A stretch of DNA of 57,519 nucleotides from assembly GCF_001194135.2 (NCBI RefSeq), contig NC_068987.1, forward strand, positions 91,402,719 to 91,460,237, read 5' to 3'. This DNA is from Octopus bimaculoides (Eukaryota). Within the stretch, counting starts at the first letter, position 1. Each line of letters opens with the position of its first letter. The translations under genes and the position numbers were made by a program. The notes below the pieces were generated by a model. It did no database searches and was not told where the DNA came from. It saw only the letters and a list, made by a program, of their open reading frames with translations. Positions 50,900 to 57,519 of this stretch are shown here, piece by piece.

Positions 50900-51123
50900 T
50901 GTGTGTATGTGCGTGTATGTGTGTGTGTATGTCTGTGTCTGTGTTTGTCCCTCCACCATCACTTGACAAACCGATGTTGGTGTGTCTACATCTCCGTAAC
51001 TTAGTGGTTCGGCAAAAGAGACTGATTGAATAAGTACTAGGCTTGAGTCGAGTTGTTCGACTAAAAGATGTGCTCCAGCATGGCCGTAGTCAAATGACTG
51101 AAACAAATAAAAGAATAAAAGAA
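50703..51123 (+). mobile_element. Full-length family 1 SINE with internal (TA)n(TG)n
   Basis: Head gcaggagtggttgtgtggtaag, core ggcaccttgggcaagtgtcttc, tail aaataaaagaataaaagaa. Confidence 0.9.
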
Positions 51124-51385
51124 TGTCTTGAAGGAAATTTCGTCCATTGCACATTCCTTCTTGTTTTTCCCTTCTCTTCGTTCAGGGAGTAGCTTGCCAT
51201 CATTCTACTCTCTCACCTTTTCTATCCCTTATTTGTGTTAACTATACTTGACGTGATACCACATTATGCAATACCTGTCTCTATATTTGAGAAGGTCATT
51301 TCTTCTTTCTTACCCATCCCTGGCCTGATATGACTAATACAGTTACTTTGAATTGACATGCTTCCTAACAATGTAATTATTCATT

Positions 51386-51556
51386 TCTATATTTAAGAGA
51401 TGAGGAATTATGAACACTATTTACATTTGACGGATATTTGTACTCTTCTTTTGTGTTGTTAACACAACGTTTCCGCTGATATAACCACCAGCCTTCATCA
51501 GGTGTCTTGGAGAAATTTCGAACCTGGGTTCTCATTCGTGAGGTAGATTTCGATGC

Positions 51557-51642
<86 letters not shown>

Positions 51643-51703
51643 TCACTGCTTGGAATCGAACTCGGAATCTTGGGGTTAGTAGCCCGTGCTCTTAAGCACT
51701 ACG
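51386..51703 (-). mobile_element. Hammerhead-bearing tRNA-derived SINE-like element (family 5), minus copy
   Basis: Head at 51639-51703 (B box gagttcgattcc in reverse), (ATT)n at 51556-51638, 3' module at 51386-51555. Confidence 0.8.
51461..51506 (-). ncRNA. Minimal hammerhead-like motif, copy 2
   Basis: Reverse strand reads GACAC-CTGATGA-A-GGCTG(gtggttatat)CAGCG-GAAA-CGTT-GTGTT. Core intact, closing pair of stem II mismatched. Confidence 0.6.
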
Positions 51704-51704
51704 T

Positions 51705-51975
51705 CCACGGGCATATGGCGTAGCGGTTAAGAGCGCGGGCTACTAACCCCAAGATTCCGATTTCGATTCTAAGCAGTGACCTGAATAATAATGATAACAA
51801 CAATAATAATAATAACTTCGACAAATACCTTAGGAATGAGAACCCAGGTTCGAAATTTCCCCCAAGACACCCGATGAAGGCTGGAGGGTATATCAGCCGA
51901 AACGTTGTGTTAACAACAACCAAAATGATGACAAATATCTGTCCAATGTAAATGATGTAAATAATGTAAATAATG
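51705..51975 (+). mobile_element. Hammerhead-bearing tRNA-derived SINE-like element (family 5), plus copy
   Basis: A box tggcgtagcgg, anticodon-like arm ggg-ctactaa-ccc, B box gatttcgattct (one mismatch), (AAT/AAC)n, then the 3' module. Confidence 0.8.
51866..51911 (+). ncRNA. Minimal hammerhead-like motif, copy 3
   Basis: GACAC-CCGATGA-A-GGCTG(gagggtatat)CAGCC-GAAA-CGTT-GTGTT. Stem II is perfect; the core has a U4-to-C change. Confidence 0.55.
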
Positions 51976-52915
51976 AATATAGTTATTGTTTATAACTCTT
52001 GTGCCTCAAGTGGAAAACTTGCACTGACTGATTCACCCCCAGAAACCCTACCATCTCTCCACACTTCTCCCTTCGGCTTGGTCCTTTCCCTGTCTCTTTG
52101 CTGTCCCCACCGTTCTCCACCTCGATAGCTCAAACCCTCCCCTCTACGTGTATCTTCTAGCTATACTTTCCATGGCTGCACTAATATATCAAATTTATGT
52201 GTCTAATTTTCCATGTGTGTATGTGTGTGTGTGTGAGTAAATATACGTTTATATGGGTAGTTAGTATGAAATTAGATTATATTGAAGCCAATTGACACAA
52301 ATCACATAGACCTAGATCGATATATACTTGACAAATGCACACTCACATACAGACACACAACAGATATACATACACACACACCCACACACACACCCACACA
52401 CCCACACCCACACACCCACACCCATAAACACGCACACACACACACAAGTACACATTAAATGCCAAATAAATTTAGAAGAGAAAACAAACTGTAATATTTT
52501 TGTATCTCAGCTTTGAACCGCTTTGAGTGGAAATTTGTTGAGTAGAGGATAATGGTGAATTATGGGGAAGATGTATCGATCAGTAAGTAAAGAAATAATT
52601 ACGAAAATATCAACTGCCAGAATGTTAAGTAGAATGATCTTAATCGTACACGTGATGTTGTGGATAATAACCATTAGATTTGTATTGGTAGTGATAATAG
52701 CATTAATACTACTGGCTGTTGCAATACTAGTTGCAACACTAGTAGTAGTGTTAGTACAAGCTAATAAAAGTCACAAAAATTGCGTTCAATTTTTTTTGTT
52801 TTTAGGTCATGTCATCTTTTCTCGATCATAAAAATGTTTTAATAAAAGTATTTTTTATTCAATCAATATAAAAATAAAATGATAATAATAGTGATAATAA
52901 TAATAACAGAAATGA

Positions 52916-52997
<82 letters not shown>

Positions 52998-52999
<2 letters not shown>

Positions 53000-53839
53000 G
53001 TGCAAAAGGAATAGACAGAGAAAAATCCCAGCAATGGTTGAGAAGCTCAGGGCTCAAAGCAGAGACTGAAGGATTTTTAATTGCTGCACAAGACCAAAGC
53101 CTCCCCACCAGAAATTACCAAAAACACATAATGAAAAAAACATAACAAGTAACTGTAGAATATGTGGAGATGGACAAGAAACAATAAATCATATTATCTA
53201 TGGCTGCCCAGTCCTGGCTAAGAAGGAATATATTCACANNNNNNNNNNNNNNNNNNNNNNNNNNNNNNNNNNNNNNNNNNNNNNNNNNNNNNNNNNNNNN
53301 NNNNNNNNNNNNNNNNNNNNNNNNNNNNNNNNNNNNNNNNNNNNNNNNNNNNNNNNNNNNNNNNNNNNNNNNNNNNNNNNNNNNNNNNNNNNNNNNNNNN
53401 NNNNNNNNNNNNNNNNNNNNNNNNNNNNNNNNNNNNNNNNNNNNNNNNNNNNNNNNNNNNNNNNNNNNNNNNNNNNNNNNNNNNNNNNNNNNNNNNNNNN
53501 NNNNNNNNNNNNNNNNNNNNNNNNNNNNNNNNNNNNNNNNNNNNNNNNNNNNNNNNNNNNNNNNNNNNNNNNNNNNNNNNNNNNNNNNNNNNNNNNNNNN
53601 NNNNNNNNNNNNNNNNNNNNNNNNNNNNNNNNNNNNNNNNNNNNNNNNNNNNNNNNNNNNNNNNNNNNNNNNNNNNNNNNNNNNNNNNNNNNNNNNNNNN
53701 NNNNNNNNNNNNNNNNNNNNNNNNNNNNNNNNNNNNNNNNNNNNAAGAGCACTACAGCAATCCACAGCACATACCCAAGGCGCACAGAGCTGCGCTCGGT
53801 AGTGAAGTGAAAGCACGTTATAAAAATAAAACTACTGAA
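52998..53839 (+). mobile_element. R4/Dong-like fragment (subfamily A 3'UTR) spanning a gap, (AAT)n on both sides
   Basis: [44 protein letters not shown]...NCRICGDGQETINHII.GCPVLAKKEYIH (CCHC motif). Subfamily A 3'UTR follows the gap. Confidence 0.88.
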
Positions 53840-53864
53840 CCATAATAATAAAAATAATAACAAC

Positions 53865-53931
<67 letters not shown>

Positions 53932-53940
53932 TTGATAATA

Positions 53941-55194
53941 AAAATAGAAATGAATAGTAACTAAAATAGAAATAAAAACGAAAATTGAGAAGTAGTTTAT
54001 CAGAAGAGTGAGGAAGCTAATGAAGTCAAAACTAAATGGTCCGAATCTAGTGAAGGCAGTAAATTCTTGTGCAGTATTATTTCTTAGATACTCAGCAGCT
54101 TTTGTAGATTGGACAAAAACTGAATTAGCAAAGCTAGACGGAAGAACTAGGAAGGAATTCAATATGAATGGAAGACTCCACCCAGGAGCAGGAGTAGCAA
54201 GATTATACCTACTTGGAAAGGAAGGTGGAAGAGGGTTAATATCAGTGGAAGACTGCGAGGAGTTAGCTAGAAAGTTTATTAAAAGTTGCTAGAGTCACTG
54301 CAAGACATAGGGAAACCAAAACAGCAAACGAACTTAAAAGCCAGAAAAAAGTACAGAAATTATCTGATTGGTAGGAGAAGCCGTTGCATGGTAGAATCCG
54401 AAAGATAGTTTCAGCAACTAATAGTAATGAGACATGGTTATGACTGCAGAAACGAAAGCTGAAAAGGAAGACAGAAATTTTGTTAGTAGCTGCACTAAGG
54501 ACTAATTAGATAAAAATCAAGAGAGACAAAACTCATGTAGGCTACGCAAATCATAAGAAGAAAGAGATACTCACATAGTAAGTGAATGTGGCCTGATGGC
54601 AGAGAAAGAGTACAAGAAAAGACATGACAACCTAGGGAGGGTAATGCACTGGGAGTTGTGTAGAGAGCTAGGATTTGAACATACTGATAGATGGTATGAA
54701 CATGACCCTAGTAAAGTACTAGAAAGTAAGAAATATAAGATGTTATGGGATATTAACATTCAGACTGACAGACTAATAGAAGCTAGAAGGCCTGATTTGG
54801 TAGTAGTAGATAAAGAGAATAGAAAGTGCCAGATAATTGACTTTAAATTCCGAAATGATGAAAAAAATTAATGAGAATTATAGAAAAAATAGCAATGAAC
54901 CAGGACCTAGCTATTGAATTACAGAGACTATGGAATGTGGGGGGAAATGTATCCCAGTAGTTATAGGTGCATTGGGAACTATCCCTAAAGATCTGAACAG
55001 TTGGATAGAGGAAATTGGGATAAAAACAGTTTAGTACAGCTGCAGAGAACAGTGTTATTAGGGACAGCTAGGATACTTAGGAAGGTTTTAGGCATCTAAG
55101 GTTACTTGTTTTTAACCTAATAGGAGGGTTCTTGCTTGTAGCTCGATGTTAGGATTTTTGTTCTTTTTCAACAGTCTAATCGGTTGAGTGTGTA

Positions 55195-55196
<2 letters not shown>
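53941..55196 (+). mobile_element. R4/Dong-like RLE retrotransposon 3' fragment, subfamily E
   Basis: RVRKLMKSKLNGPNLVKAVNS.AV..LRYSA..VDW...LD..TRK...RLYL..KEGGRGLISVEDC; AEKEYKKRHDNLGRVMHWELC; WYEH.P..VLE...LWD..IQTDRLIEARRPDLVVVDK; GTARILRKVLGI*. Confidence 0.9.
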
Positions 55197-55267
<71 letters not shown>

Positions 55268-55281
55268 TGATGATGATGATG

Positions 55282-55328
<47 letters not shown>
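55197..55328. repeat. (AAT)n-(GAT)n-(AAT)n array
   Basis: Seen directly. Confidence 0.95.
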
Positions 55329-55329
<1 letters not shown>

Positions 55330-55330
<1 letters not shown>

Positions 55331-55575
55331 ATGGAAAGGGAGAATAGCCTGGTTTGGTATGTCAAGGGGATAAAGAAGAAATGACTGAAGCAGTGAAAAT
55401 GCTAGGAACCTTAAAAGTGAACAGAACCGTAGATCCAATACAATATAAGAAAGACCAGAGAGATCGGATGAAGAAAATTTGGTAGGACAAGAAAATGCAC
55501 AGTCTGTTCTTGAAGATGAGATTGATTGGAATAGAACATTCTAAGGGCTGCAGAAAGGAGACTTAAAATGCGTCA
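55330..55575 (+). mobile_element. Internal R4/Dong-like fragment, subfamily F
   Basis: NSLVWYVK...AVK...YKKDQ...W*DKKMHSLF...D...T..GLQKGDLK resembles the W..K.MHG.F...W...GDLK block. Confidence 0.6.
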
Positions 55576-56073
55576 TCGTAGATATGGATGTGTCTGCTGA
55601 TAGGAATTTTGCTGTGAAAGAATAAGGAAAGTAGGAAAATACCAAGACAATAAAAGAATTAATTTACATTATATATTATACTAAGCTCCGGTTTTTAACT
55701 TGGATAATTAACCATCAACTGATATGCTAATTCGTGGCGACAAAAATGATTTTGAATCATTATTATTACTCTCTTAAAAAATTCTACTGGCATTGATGTG
55801 GCAACATTTGAAATATTGTCTTGGTAAAAGCAGTTGATGAAGACTGATCAATTTTACGTTGTCAAACGTATTTGAAGAGTCTGAAACCGATCCTGCATTA
55901 TCCGATTCTGGGTTGTCCATTTTTCTAATGTTCTTCCTAGAGGTAAGACAAAGTTTTCGTGTTTGTTGCACTCACACGTCTTTGCCAGTATATACACATT
56001 GAAGCTTTACTATAGCGTCGTAAATGTATCGACTGTTATTTCCAGTGAATATTGGTGCCTTTTTGTATCACTA

Positions 56074-56155
<82 letters not shown>
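56074..56155. repeat. (TATC)n microsatellite before a gap
   Basis: Seen directly. Confidence 0.95.
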
Positions 56156-57519
56156 NNNNNNNNNNNNNNNNNNNNNNNNNNNNNNNNNNNNNNNNNNNNN
56201 NNNNNNNNNNNNNNNNNNNNNNNNNNNNNNNNNNNNNNNNNNNNNNNNNNNNNNNNNNNNNNNNNNNNNNNNNNNNNNNNNNNTATATATATATATATTA
56301 TTGCGTTATTATTTTGCAGTCCCTCAATAGGAAACTCCACACGTTATGCACCGTTGTTTTCCAAGGCGGGTAAAAAGTATCTGAAGCACATGTTTCCTAA
56401 CAAATAGAATAAAAAGAAGAAAATTGATATACTTTCATCCAAAGTGAACTGGCATTTCTGTATGCATGTGTTGTCATGAAATATTTCTACCAAATGTACG
56501 AATATCACAGGAACTATGTTTCTGTTTTTTTATTCTGTGTCGGATCAAATGAAAGTCGACACATGTCAAAGGAAGGCACATTTTGGAAGCTTATTTAGTT
56601 GAAAGTGGGATTAAGATAAAATGCTTAGACAGATAAAATGATAAGACTTAACAGCTGACATCTGGAATTTCTGTGCACCTTACCATGTTAATGGCTATTT
56701 GCTGTACATTATAGAAATATGATATTTGAAGCTCTGTTTTAAATTCTGATAAGAATGTAAAAGAAAAATTCTGCTGTCTAGAAAGCTTAGCTGCTTCACG
56801 GATATATATATACGAAGCGATGATACTAAATGTACCCGTCATTTGTCTTTATGAGTTCTATATAAATAACGATCTGTTAATTTAATACAAAAATGTTAAT
56901 GGAATTAATAAATAAAATGTGTGTAAACAACACATATGCACACATACATTACACATAGACACACACATTATTTTCTTATCTCTATTTTTAATTATATTCT
57001 TTATTTATTTACTTTTTATTTAGTTTTTACTTTATATGCATTTTTCTTTTCTTTCCTTATCTCCAACATCTTTGAATTTGTGCTTGTTTTAACTTCGGGA
57101 GATTTCCATCAGATTTCTGGTTTTTATTTAGATTTTGTATAAACAATTGTTAGTCATTACCTGAGCACCACACTTCTGTTCAATGAAGCTTTCCATCTTG
57201 TTTCTATACGTAAACATCGAAAATAAAATCTTTCTTAAATGGTTGAGTACACCGTATAGAATTAAATTTCTGAATAATCTCCCTACTTTCAGTTTTGTGT
57301 TTGCTCTTCATTAAATGTTCTTTTGTTATTTAAACTGGCATCAAAATAATTTAAATCAATACAAACACACACACACACACACGCACACACACACACACAC
57401 GCACACCACACACACACACACACAGACATCACATAATTACATGCATCTCTGGCTATCTGACGAGCGCGCATGTCCCTCTATATATTCATACATATATACA
57501 AATTTATATATATATATAT

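Noticed and set aside
55774-55971. Minus ORF MDNPESDNAGSVSDSS
   Set aside because: Short, with no downstream domain or exon chain.

Overview
This is a eukaryotic, AT-rich, repeat-saturated window with about 14 long N gaps, nearly all flanked by microsatellites. I can support no host protein-coding gene, real tRNA/rRNA gene or CRISPR array. The SINE repertoire, microsatellite load and gap pattern suggest a cephalopod (Octopus-like) assembly; this is inference, not a database result. Contents: (i) at least 11 3'-end fragments of restriction-like-endonuclease (RLE) non-LTR retrotransposons of R4/Dong type, from several subfamilies, nearly all adjoining (AAT)n arrays and stacked in trains; (ii) decayed Penelope-like element (PLE) pieces (RT, GIY-YIG, AT-rich pLTR-like DNA); (iii) CR1-, RTE- and Tx1/L1-type LINE fragments; (iv) Tc1/mariner relics; (v) four or five tRNA-derived SINE families. 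The most interesting signal is a set of hammerhead-ribozyme (HHR) folds. A minimal HHR with a palindromic stem III occurs three times, in the 3' part of a tRNA-headed, (AAT)n-containing SINE-like element. Two of those copies form a head-to-head ~600 bp inverted repeat, and the third runs in frame into a PLE ORF. A separate canonical-core HHR with a ~90 nt stem II lies at 34783-34898. All translations and folds were done by eye and repeat boundaries are approximate.
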